From assembly GCA_016194745.1 (NCBI GenBank), contig JACQBA010000013.1, forward strand, positions 256,822 to 320,821: a stretch of DNA of 64,000 nt, read 5' to 3'. Shown here one piece after another: positions 9,479-17,676 of the stretch (position 1 is the first letter of the stretch; each line of letters begins with the position of its first letter). The notes under the pieces are model-generated. The model ran no database searches. It saw only the letters and a list, made by a program, of their open reading frames with translations, and was not told the DNA's origin. The position numbers were made by a program, and so were the translations under genes. The DNA is from Elusimicrobiota bacterium. GTDB taxonomy: Bacteria; Elusimicrobiota; Elusimicrobia; UBA1565; JACRDR01.

Positions 9479-9680
9479 GTCCTCGGCGTCAAGAAATCCC
9501 GGCCCGTCGTCCAAAGAGTCCCGTCCCGGAGTAGGTCCTTTTCCTCCGCGCGGGTTTGGCCCGAATGCCTCATCCCTCGGGCGCGCCGTTCGCGCTATTA
9601 TCCTATCCGCCGTCGGACTCATCTTGGAGGGAAGTTCGTCGCGTTGGCGTTCGCCTGCGGAGGGCGCGCCGCGGCGGTCC

Positions 9681-9694
9681 GCACCTGCTATAAT
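9681..9694 (+). promoter_or_regulatory. Extended -10 promoter element (TGnTATAAT) upstream of tRNA-Val
   Basis: GCACCTGCTATAAT. A perfect TATAAT at 9689-9694 with TG at -15/-14, 14 nt upstream of the tRNA 5' end. Conspicuous in a ~68% GC background. Confidence 0.45.
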
Positions 9695-9708
9695 TTCCGG
9701 ACGGCAGC

Positions 9709-9784
9709 GGGCCGTTAGCTCAATGGTTAGAGCACCGTCCTTACACGACGGGGGTTGGGGGTTCGAGTCCCTCACGGCCCACCA
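9709..9784 (+). tRNA. tRNA-Val (anticodon TAC), encoded CCA
   Basis: Cloverleaf read by hand: acceptor GGGCCGT/ACGGCCC, D-stem GCTC/GAGC, anticodon stem CCGTC/GACGG with loop CTTACAC, T-arm GGGGG-TTCGAGT-CCCTC, discriminator A then CCA. Confidence 0.9.
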
Positions 9785-9805
9785 CTTTCGATCCTAGGAA
9801 CGCCC

Positions 9806-10174
9806 ATGAAGGTCATCGTCTACGAATACGCGAAGTGCTCCACGTGCCGCAAGGCGCTGAAGTTCCTCGATGAGCGCGGCGTCGCCTACGACGCGAGGCC
9901 GATCGTCGACGCGCCGCCGACGCGCGCGGAGCTCTCGCGGATGCTGGGCCACGTCGGCGGCGACGTCCGCCGGCTGTTCAACGTATCCGGCGAGCTGTAT
10001 CGCGAGATGAAGCTGTCCGAGAAGATGAAGACTATCTCGCCCGACGAGGCGATCGCGCTCCTCGCCAAGCACGGCAAGCTCGTGAAGCGCCCTTTCGTGC
10101 TCGTCGACGCCGCCGCGGGCCTCGTCGGCTTCGACCCGAAGGCGTGGGCGGCGCTCTTCCCGATACAGCGCTAG
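9806..10174 (+). CDS. ArsC/Spx-family protein (YffB-like arsenate-reductase fold)
   Basis: MKVIVYEYAKCSTCRKALKFLDERGV... with the CxxC in the N-terminal thioredoxin-like fold, about 120 aa. Internal Met chosen just downstream of the tRNA. Confidence 0.75.
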   Translation: MKVIVYEYAKCSTCRKALKFLDERGVAYDARPIVDAPPTRAELSRMLGHVGGDVRRLFNVSGELYREMKLSEKMKTISPDEAIALLAKHGKLVKRPFVLVDAAAGLVGFDPKAWAALFPIQR

Positions 10175-10223
10175 ACGCCCGCGCCCGCCGCGCCGCCGCC
10201 GTCCGCCCGGGCGCGCCTCGGCG

Positions 10224-10237
10224 GCACCTGCTATAAT
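10224..10237 (+). promoter_or_regulatory. Second copy of the extended -10 cassette GCACCTGCTATAAT, immediately upstream of the PilZ gene
   Basis: Exact 14-nt repeat of 9681-9694, with ~30 nt of flanking similarity. TATAAT at 10232-10237 is only 6 nt before the ATG at 10244, implying a leaderless transcript. Confidence 0.4.
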
Positions 10238-10243
10238 CCTCGC

Positions 10244-10609
10244 ATGGGCTCGGACCAGCGCGCGGCCGTGCGCGCGAAGACGCAGGCGACCGTCCACGTC
10301 TGCTACATGACGGCGGACGGAAAGCGGGAAGGCGACGGGCGCATCGCCGACGTCTCGCGCACCGGCATGCGCTTCTTTACGGAGTACCGGGTCCGCGCCG
10401 AGACGCGGCTCGTCCTGAAGCTCCACTTCCCGCGCTCGTTCCATCGTCTCCCCCTGTCGATCAAGGCGACGGTCGTCCGCTGCGAACCGCAGGAGAACGG
10501 GCCGCTGTTCAACGTCGCGTGCCGGTTCGATAGCCAAACCGGCGAGGCCACCGCCCGGCTCACGCAATTCGTCGGCTGGCTCCTGACCCACGACCCGTCT
10601 CCTCAATAA
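10244..10609 (+). CDS. PilZ domain protein (putative c-di-GMP receptor)
   Basis: N-terminal RxxxR (RAAVRAK) and DxSxxG-like (DVSRTGMRF) motifs of PilZ domains. 121 aa. Confidence 0.7.
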   Translation: MGSDQRAAVRAKTQATVHVCYMTADGKREGDGRIADVSRTGMRFFTEYRVRAETRLVLKLHFPRSFHRLPLSIKATVVRCEPQENGPLFNVACRFDSQTGEATARLTQFVGWLLTHDPSPQ

Positions 10610-10716
10610 CGCAGGTTCATGGGCCTAAAGGCCTATACGCGGCGGGCGCGCAATGCCCAGGCTTTCGTCCCTCGCCGCGCCTACACTAGGGCGGATAGGA
10701 GGACTCACTAACCATC

Positions 10717-11172
10717 ATGAGCAGCGCTCGTGCGGCGATGTTGGCTTTTGCGATTTTGGCGTCCGCCGGCCGGCCCGCCTCGGCCATCCAGGTCTTCGAC
10801 AACGCCATCAGCACCGTGCAGCGCATGTTCCACCGCTCGTGCGCGACGCCCAAGCGGACGGGCCTCTCGGAAAAGGGCCTAGTGGCCGTCGAATACGAGG
10901 AGACCGAGCGGCAGCTCCTTCAGGTGCTCGCCCGCATCCGCGCCCAGGGAGGCGCGAGCCAGGCTGATTTCATCCTCGCCGCCGGCCCCTCGCCCGACGA
11001 AGTCGTCCGGAATTTTCTACGAGAGAAGCTCGCCCGCCTCGAGCAGCACCCGGCCCTCAACCCGGCCGCGATCCGCGTGATGCCGTCCGGCAACCGGGTC
11101 GTGGATATCGAGCGGCTCCGTCTCGTCGACGGCGTCGACTACCAAGTCGACTCCTGCCTCGACGGCCGTTAG
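10717..11172 (+). CDS. Hypothetical secreted protein
   Basis: Signal peptide MSSARAAMLAFAILASAGRPASA. No recognisable domain. Confidence 0.45.
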   Translation: MSSARAAMLAFAILASAGRPASAIQVFDNAISTVQRMFHRSCATPKRTGLSEKGLVAVEYEETERQLLQVLARIRAQGGASQADFILAAGPSPDEVVRNFLREKLARLEQHPALNPAAIRVMPSGNRVVDIERLRLVDGVDYQVDSCLDGR

Positions 11173-11176
11173 CGCT

Positions 11177-12463
11177 CTAACGCTTCGTCAGACTCCCGTC
11201 GAGCCTCGGCGCCTGGCTCGTCTTCGCCAGTTCCACCGCGAAGGCGACCGCGAGCTTGGCGAAGGGAACCGCGTGGCGCGAATCCCCGCCGGCGTTGGCA
11301 AGCGTGTCGTCCTCGGTATGGATGTGCTGGTTCATCGAGCCCTTCTGCGATTCGAAGGCGGCCGACGCCGGGAACCCGGCGCGGTGCCACGAGGCGTGGT
11401 CCGAACACGCGTAGCCGCAGCGGATGCCGATCGAGCGCGTGCCGCTGTAGGCGTCGACGAGCTTGCCCAGGAAGGCGGTCAAGGACGCGTCGGTGTAGTC
11501 GCCGAGCAGGTAGACATTGTCCCCCGAGCTGTTCAAGTTGGTCATGTCGTATTGGATGACCCCGACGACCTTCTTGCCGGAGTAGCTCGCCGCGATCTCC
11601 TGCGAGCCGCGCAGGCCGATCTCCTCGGCCGCGTAGCCCATGAATTGGACGGTGCGCTTGGGCTTGAACCCCGCCTGCGCGAGGACCCGCAGAGCCTCCG
11701 TGATCGTCGCGATCCCGGACGCATTGTCGTCGGCGCCCGGGGCGCGCACGTTCTCGTCGCCCCAGCCGCTCAAGTTGATCGAATCGAGATGCCCGCCCAG
11801 GACGACGAACTCATCCGGCGACTCCGTGCCCGGGATGGTCAAGATGACGGACGGCTGCTTCCAGCCCGAGTGCGCGACGTAGCGCACGGTCGCGCCCGGC
11901 AGGTTCGCCGCGAGCTCCTGCCAGCGCGCTCCGATCCAGCGCGCGGCGTCGACGCCGGCGCTCGATTGGTAGTAGCGGTTCTGAAAGGCGGCCAGCGTCT
12001 CGATCGTCGAGCGTATGCCCGCTTCCTTTACGTTGGGAAGCACGGGCGAAAGCCACGCGCCTTGGTCGACGGTGAAGGGCCCGGCCGGCGCCGCGCCCTC
12101 GGGCGGGTCCGACAAGTCTCGCTTGGCGTCGTCCAGCGTGCGGTGCGCGAAGAAGCCGCCGCAGCGATGGAATCGCTCGTGCATGTGGCGGGAAATCTGC
12201 GGCAGCGAGGCTTCCGACACTTGGTAGATCGCCGCGCGGCCGCTCTGCGCGAGCGGCGCGCTCATGAGGAAGCCCGCCGCTTTGAGGGAGACGACGTCCT
12301 CGGTCGCGACCGAGATCCACGTCGAAGGGCCGTCTTGAGGATGCGCCGAGGTCTTGAGGCCGATCGCCGGGATCGAGACGCCTTGATCGAACCCGGGACC
12401 CTCCGCCGCGTAGGATGAGAGCGCAAAAAGACAAAAGCCCGCCGCCAGGACGTGCTTAGACAT
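11177..12463 (-). CDS. M28 family aminopeptidase
   Basis: Signal peptide MSKHVLAAGFCLFALSSYAA. M28 metal-ligand blocks (HLDS..., GADDNASG, EE..., DYTD..., final H) resemble Vibrio/Streptomyces leucine aminopeptidases. Confidence 0.85.
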   Translation of the reverse strand: MSKHVLAAGFCLFALSSYAAEGPGFDQGVSIPAIGLKTSAHPQDGPSTWISVATEDVVSLKAAGFLMSAPLAQSGRAAIYQVSEASLPQISRHMHERFHRCGGFFAHRTLDDAKRDLSDPPEGAAPAGPFTVDQGAWLSPVLPNVKEAGIRSTIETLAAFQNRYYQSSAGVDAARWIGARWQELAANLPGATVRYVAHSGWKQPSVILTIPGTESPDEFVVLGGHLDSINLSGWGDENVRAPGADDNASGIATITEALRVLAQAGFKPKRTVQFMGYAAEEIGLRGSQEIAASYSGKKVVGVIQYDMTNLNSSGDNVYLLGDYTDASLTAFLGKLVDAYSGTRSIGIRCGYACSDHASWHRAGFPASAAFESQKGSMNQHIHTEDDTLANAGGDSRHAVPFAKLAVAFAVELAKTSQAPRLDGSLTKR

Positions 12464-12569
12464 GACACCTCCCTCCAATTTCCTAGGCCCTAAGACCTAG
12501 TCCGCACCCAGGTCCTATGGTCCATAATTTTTACGTTTCTGTCAACAAGTTCTGTGCTATTCTTGGCCC

Positions 12570-12974
12570 ATGAACCCACGGCTCATCACGCAGTACAGCG
12601 TCTTCATGGCGAACAAGCCGGGCTCGCTCGCGCGCCTGGCCCGCCTGTTCTACGAGCGCGGCGTGAACATCGTCGGCATCGCTTCGGAGGTCCGTGACGA
12701 CACCGGCATGGTGCGCATCGCGCTCGACACCCAGGACGTCTGCTCCGACATCCTCTCGAAAGCCGGCTTCGCGAGCGTCGAGACCCGTCTCCTGTCGGTC
12801 GAGCTCGAGGACAAGCCGGGCCAGCTCCACCGCATCGCCCAGATCCTCGGCGACGGCGGCGTCAACATCACGACCGTCTACGGCACCGCGCTCGTCGGGC
12901 AGAACACGGGCCGCCTCCTGTTCGCCGTCGACGACGCGAACCGCGCGCTCGACATTTTGAAACGCACCTCGTGA
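12570..12974 (+). CDS. ACT domain pair protein
   Basis: Two tandem ACT-like beta-alpha-beta-beta-alpha-beta units (SVFMANKPGSLARLARLFYERGVNIVGIAS ... LSVELEDKPGQLHRIAQILGDGGVNI). Confidence 0.8.
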   Translation: MNPRLITQYSVFMANKPGSLARLARLFYERGVNIVGIASEVRDDTGMVRIALDTQDVCSDILSKAGFASVETRLLSVELEDKPGQLHRIAQILGDGGVNITTVYGTALVGQNTGRLLFAVDDANRALDILKRTS

Positions 12975-13024
12975 CTCGTTTACCCCTGGAAAAAAAATCC
13001 CGAGGGGTGTATACTGCAAACGTC

Positions 13025-13198
13025 ATGAAGAAGAAAAGCCGTCCGGCTTCCGCTCCGAAAAAGTCCCGAACTGCGGCGAAAGAATTCTATCCGGATAACG
13101 ACCCCGAGTGGGAGCATCTGGAAGAGCGCTACAGCACGATCGGCGACGACATGCGGAAGCTGGCGAGCCTCCTGACGCCCGCTACGGACATCGAGTAG
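13025..13198 (+). CDS. Small hypothetical protein (Lys-rich N-terminus, acidic C-terminus)
   Basis: 57-aa ORF MKKKSRPASAPKK...EFYPDNDPEWEHLEERY. TATACT -10-like hexamer upstream. No homology recognised. Confidence 0.3.
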   Translation: MKKKSRPASAPKKSRTAAKEFYPDNDPEWEHLEERYSTIGDDMRKLASLLTPATDIE

Positions 13199-13270
13199 CG
13201 GCCTTCGGCCAGCCGAGCCCCCGAACCGCATCCGCACCGCGGGCCGGTTCCCGTTCCTTCCTTTAGATCA

Positions 13271-14320
13271 TCATCCGTACGGCGGCAGCAGGCGCCTGAA
13301 CCCGTGCGCCAGGACGATCGCCAGGAAAATCGCGTTGCGCGGGGCGATGAGGGGCCAGGCGATGGGCAGCTCGCCCGCAGTCCCCGTCTCGGCGACGGCA
13401 TGCAGGCGCCCTCCGAGCGCCCGGACCCACTCCGTCGAGCGCGGCGACTCGCAGATGCCGGACAGCCACTCCTTCGGGACGCCTTCCGCGCCGACGGCCG
13501 CGCCGCACAGCCCGCCGCAGACGGCCCCCGTCGTATCGGAATCCCCGCCGAGGGCGATCACCCGCGTCAGGCTTTCCTTGAGATCGAAGGGAGACCGCAG
13601 CCACGCCCACAACGCGGCCGGAACGGTATGGTAGACGTACCCGGAGACGCCGTTCGCAAATCCCATCCGCGCCACGAACGCGGCGTCCTCCCGCTCCTCG
13701 ATCGCGGCGAGCCACTTCATCGCCTCCGCATCCCCTTCGAGGACTCCCGCGAGCTCGGCCATGAGCTCCGGAGCCGAAAAATCCGCCGGACCGTGCGTCG
13801 CGCCGTAGCGCGCCGCGACGGCGACCGCGAGCGCTCCGCGTTCGGCGCGCGGATCGGTGTGCGTGAGGAGCGTCGAGGCGCGCACGTACGCGCGAAGCGC
13901 CGCGTCGTCGCCGCAGGCGAGCCCCAGGACAGGCGCCCGGATCGCGGGGCCGTTGCCCGCCGAACGCACGCCGCTGCGAGCCGCCGGGAACCCCATCCAA
14001 AGCTTGAAGATCGACCGCAGCGTCGCGAACCCGATCCCCGCGGGAAGTCCGAGGAACCAGAACCGCAGCTTCCAGCCGAGCGCCGACGCGAAGCGGCCGG
14101 CGTCCGCGGGATGCGCGGCGAACGCCTGCGCCGTGAAGCACGCGAGCTCCGTGTCGTCGCTGGTCATGCCGCGGCCGAAGACGAGCGCGTGCCGCAGCTC
14201 GCGGCCGAACATCCTCTCGGCGCGTCTAGGCGAAAGCCCCTCCCGCGGCAGACCGAGCGCGTCCCCCGCCATGAGGCCGAGCAGGCAACCTTGGAAGCGC
14301 GAGACGCCGGGGATGTCCAT
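13271..14320 (-). CDS. ADP-ribosylglycohydrolase family protein (DraG/ARH-like)
   Basis: N-terminal GCLLGLMAGDALGLP and DDTELA metal-binding motifs characteristic of ADP-ribosylglycohydrolases. Start at the internal Met MDIPGVSRFQ. Confidence 0.8.
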   Translation of the reverse strand: MDIPGVSRFQGCLLGLMAGDALGLPREGLSPRRAERMFGRELRHALVFGRGMTSDDTELACFTAQAFAAHPADAGRFASALGWKLRFWFLGLPAGIGFATLRSIFKLWMGFPAARSGVRSAGNGPAIRAPVLGLACGDDAALRAYVRASTLLTHTDPRAERGALAVAVAARYGATHGPADFSAPELMAELAGVLEGDAEAMKWLAAIEEREDAAFVARMGFANGVSGYVYHTVPAALWAWLRSPFDLKESLTRVIALGGDSDTTGAVCGGLCGAAVGAEGVPKEWLSGICESPRSTEWVRALGGRLHAVAETGTAGELPIAWPLIAPRNAIFLAIVLAHGFRRLLPPYG

Positions 14321-14421
14321 CGAGCCCGGAGAGTTTACGCCAATCGGGGGGGAAGGCTCAAGGGCCCGGAGCGATCCTGCCCCTTGGGCCCACCCGCCGT
14401 CGCCCGGCAACGGGTATACTC

Positions 14422-14955
14422 TTGGAAATGAGACTCTTTACCGCGCTGCTCGTCCTCGCCGGGCCCGCGTCCGCCGCCGGACCGGAGTTCATGCCGGTCG
14501 CGCGGCACAACGCGCACACCGCCGTTTTCTGCCCGGACGCGGAGGACGGCCAGATCTGCAAGATGAGCCACCGGGACGCCGAGCGCTACTGCAAGGACAT
14601 CATCGCGGAGCTACCCACGACGCGCGACTTCGGGCGGCTGGCGCAGGCCAACGGCTCGAAAGGCTTGCTCGAGGTGGCCGACGTCAAGAAGCTGCCGGGC
14701 GGCGTCCCGCCTCCCGGCTACTACCTCGTCGACTCGCACGACGGCGACACGTTCTACTTCAACAACGAGGGCTACCGCGCCCCCGAAGGACTTCTGGGCA
14801 CCGAATCCTTCTGGACCGCCTCGATCGTGACGAACAAGACCGAGTACGCGCATGTCTATTACGGAAAGCTCGGCGGAGGCGGCGGGACTCCCGAAGAGCA
14901 CAAGCGCAGCCATCCGCACGCCGTAGTCTGCATCCGCCGCGATTTGCTACAATAA
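14422..14955 (+). CDS. Secreted DUF1566-like (Lcl C-terminal domain) protein
   Basis: Signal peptide MEMRLFTALLVLAGPASAAG. Elements ELPTTRDF, FWTAS, and a C-terminal HAVVCIRRD resembling the DUF1566 'vRCVR' ending. Confidence 0.5.
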   Translation: MEMRLFTALLVLAGPASAAGPEFMPVARHNAHTAVFCPDAEDGQICKMSHRDAERYCKDIIAELPTTRDFGRLAQANGSKGLLEVADVKKLPGGVPPPGYYLVDSHDGDTFYFNNEGYRAPEGLLGTESFWTASIVTNKTEYAHVYYGKLGGGGGTPEEHKRSHPHAVVCIRRDLLQ

Positions 14956-14967
14956 CGCTCTACCCAC

Positions 14968-15046
14968 GGGGTCGTGGTGTAGCCTGGCCTAACACGCCGC
15001 CCTGTCAAGGCGGAGACCGCGGGTTCAAATCCCGTCGACCCCGCCA
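14968..15046 (+). tRNA. tRNA-Asp (anticodon GTC), encoded CCA
   Basis: Acceptor GGGGTCG/CGACCCC, D-arm GTGT-AGCCTGGCCTA-ACAC, anticodon stem CCGCC/GGCGG with loop CTGTCAA, T-arm GCGGG-TTCAAAT-CCCGT, discriminator G then CCA. Confidence 0.9.
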
Positions 15047-15132
15047 GTTTTTTTCGAAAACAAAAGAGTCCATCGACGCGCTTATCGCCGTCAGGGTTCG
15101 CCGCTGGACTCGCGCCGTCCAGTAGGATATTC

Positions 15133-17535
15133 TTGGGTGTGGCGCAGACGCTTCCGATCTCCCCCTTCCGCGACCGAATCCTAGGCGAGTTGACCCGCGC
15201 CGGCTGCCTGCTCCTGAGTGCCCCGACCGGCAGCGGCAAGTCCACGCAAGTCCCGCAGTTTCTCCTCGACGCGCCCGGAAAGACCCTCGTGCTCGAGCCC
15301 CGGCGGCTGTCGGCCCGGAGCCTCGCCGCCCGCGTGGCCGCGGAGACGCGGACCGAACTCGGCGGAAAGATCGGATACCAGGTGCGGTTCGACAGCCGCT
15401 GCGGCGCCGCGACCTCCGTCCTCTTTCAGACCTACGGCCTCTTCCTCCAACGGATGCTCTCCGATCCACGGCTGCCGGGCGTGGGAGCGGTGCTCCTCGA
15501 CGAGTTCCACGAGCGGAGCTTGGATTGCGACCTCGCCCTTGCGTGGCTCAAGCGGCTGCGTCTCGAGCGCCGGGAGCTCAAGCTCGTCGTCATGTCGGCG
15601 ACCCTCGAGGAGGGAGCGCTGTCCCGCTACCTTCCCGACGCCGCCCGCCTGGACGTCCCGGGCAGGTTGTTTCCCGTGGACATCCGCCATCGCCCCGCCG
15701 GGCCGCGCGACGATCCGGCTCAGGGAGCCCTCGCCGCCCTCCGGGACTTGGAGCGCGAAGGCCTCGACGGCTCCGTGCTCGTCTTCATGCCCGGAATGCG
15801 GGAGATCCGCCGCGGCCTCGAAGTCCTCGGTCCTTTCTGCCGCGAGCGCGGCCTCGAGCTGCTCGGGCTTCACGGCTCGATGGAGCCACGGGAGCAGGAC
15901 CGCGTCCTGTCCCCTTCCGAAAAAAAGCGCGTCATCGTCGCCACGAACGTCGCCGAGACCGGCCTGACGATCCCGCAGGTGACGATGGTCGTCGACAGCG
16001 GGCTCCACCGCGTCGCCGGTTACGACGCGGCGCGCGGCATCAACACGCTCTACCTCGCCCGGATCAGCCTCGCCAACGCGGATCAGCGCGCCGGCCGCGC
16101 CGGCCGGACCGCGCCCGGCCGCTGCGTGCGCCTATGGTCGAAGGCGGACGAGACCGGGATGCCCGAGAGCCTCACGCCCGAGATCGCGCGCCTGGAGCTT
16201 GGCGGCTTGCGGCTCGCGGCCTCGTCGTTGCCCGAGGAAGTCGATTGGCTGAGCGTCCCGCCGGCGGCGGCCTGGGAGGAGGCGCGACGCGTACTCGAGT
16301 CCTTGAAAGCCGTGGACGCCTCGGGCCGCGTCACGCAAAGGGGCCGAGCGCTCCTGGCGTATCCCTCCGCGCCCCGCGTCGCCGCGGTGCTCGAGGACGC
16401 GCGCTCCCTCGGGGCCGGCGCCTTCGAGCGGGCATGCGCCATGGCCGCCGTCTTCGAGACCTCCGACCAACTCCGCCGGGAGCAGGGCGCGGACCTGACG
16501 GCGCTGGCCGACGACCTCCTGAGCGGCGCGGGCGATTTTCCCCGCGAGACCGGCGACGTCCTTCGCCAGCTCAGGCGGTCGGTCGAGCCCGGCCCGAAGG
16601 GAACCCCGGCGCCCAAAGGCGCCCTCGAGCGCGTCTGGCTGGCCGCGTTCCCCGACCGGCTCGCCGCGCGCGAAGGCGAGGGCGCGTACTACCGCTTGGC
16701 GAACGGGCGCGGCGCTCTATTGGCCGTCAAGAAAGACCCTCCGGCCTTGATCTTGGCCCTCGATATCCGGGAACGCGCGGGCGGCGGCCGGGCGCGGGAA
16801 GTCGGGGTCCAGCTGTACCTCCCGGTCGCGGCCGAGACGGCGCTGAGCGTCTTCGCCGACGAGTGCGCCTGGACGAAAGTGTCCGAGCTCGACGCGCGCC
16901 GGCAGCGCGTCGTCACCGAGGAGCGCCTGATGTTTCGCGGCCTCGTGCTGGATCGCCGCGCACCGCGCAAGGACGACCGCGAGGCCTCCGCCGAGATCTG
17001 GGCCGAGAAATTCGCCTCGGGCGAGCTGGAGCACCCCGGCCTCGACGAGCGGGCGCGCCAGCTCGTCGTGAGGATCGGGCTCATGCGCAAGTTCTATCCC
17101 GACATGGGCTATCCCGAGATGAGTTTGGACGACTGGCTCCTGATCTACGGAGAGGTTTGCGGCCGGCGGACGCGACTCAAGGACATCGAGCGGGTCGCCC
17201 TGCTGCCCCACATCGAGAGCTACCTCGGGCCGGCCCTGGCGGGATTTTTGGCCCGCAGACTGCCGCCCACCCACGCGCTGCCCTCCGGCAAGACCGGCCG
17301 CTTCACCTACTACGAATCTCAGCCCGCGGAGCTGAAGGCGCGACTGGGCGACTTCATCCGGATGCACGGGACCTTGAGCCTCTGCGACGGCCGCCTCCCG
17401 GTCTCTTTCGATATCCTCGGACCGAACCATCGGACCGTGCAGAAGACGCAGGATCTCAGCTCGTTTTGGAAGAACACGTATCCGGCCGTGAAAAGGGAAA
17501 TGCAGCGCCGCTACCCGAAGCATCCGTGGCCTTAG
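15133..17535 (+). CDS. hrpB: ATP-dependent RNA helicase HrpB (DEAH-box)
   Basis: Walker A APTGSGKST, DEFH box (LLDEFHERSL), SAT motif and helicase C-terminal/HA2 region. 800 aa, typical of HrpB. Confidence 0.9.
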   Translation: MGVAQTLPISPFRDRILGELTRAGCLLLSAPTGSGKSTQVPQFLLDAPGKTLVLEPRRLSARSLAARVAAETRTELGGKIGYQVRFDSRCGAATSVLFQTYGLFLQRMLSDPRLPGVGAVLLDEFHERSLDCDLALAWLKRLRLERRELKLVVMSATLEEGALSRYLPDAARLDVPGRLFPVDIRHRPAGPRDDPAQGALAALRDLEREGLDGSVLVFMPGMREIRRGLEVLGPFCRERGLELLGLHGSMEPREQDRVLSPSEKKRVIVATNVAETGLTIPQVTMVVDSGLHRVAGYDAARGINTLYLARISLANADQRAGRAGRTAPGRCVRLWSKADETGMPESLTPEIARLELGGLRLAASSLPEEVDWLSVPPAAAWEEARRVLESLKAVDASGRVTQRGRALLAYPSAPRVAAVLEDARSLGAGAFERACAMAAVFETSDQLRREQGADLTALADDLLSGAGDFPRETGDVLRQLRRSVEPGPKGTPAPKGALERVWLAAFPDRLAAREGEGAYYRLANGRGALLAVKKDPPALILALDIRERAGGGRAREVGVQLYLPVAAETALSVFADECAWTKVSELDARRQRVVTEERLMFRGLVLDRRAPRKDDREASAEIWAEKFASGELEHPGLDERARQLVVRIGLMRKFYPDMGYPEMSLDDWLLIYGEVCGRRTRLKDIERVALLPHIESYLGPALAGFLARRLPPTHALPSGKTGRFTYYESQPAELKARLGDFIRMHGTLSLCDGRLPVSFDILGPNHRTVQKTQDLSSFWKNTYPAVKREMQRRYPKHPWP

Positions 17536-17676
17536 GGCACGCCGACGACCCGCGGGGGTCCCGAGCGGTGTTTCCACACAGACTGTTCGACAATATCAGG
17601 TTTCGATCGTCTGAAACTGATAGAATAGTCTTGCACGCGCGGCACCACCCCCTCCATCCGGCGCGATAACCAAACC

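Noticed and set aside
12971-13024. Longer form of the small ORF starting at 12971
   Set aside because: It overlaps the ACT gene stop. The internal Met at 13025 with a TATACT element upstream is more plausible. Even this shorter form has low confidence.
9709-15046. Genomic island integrated at tRNA
   Set aside because: There is no integrase, no repeated tRNA 3' fragment and no compositional shift. It is reported only as a possible variable segment.
15525-17669. 714-aa Arg/Pro-rich ORF
   Set aside because: It is an alternative frame inside hrpB. It has no domain signal and an extreme Arg/Pro composition.
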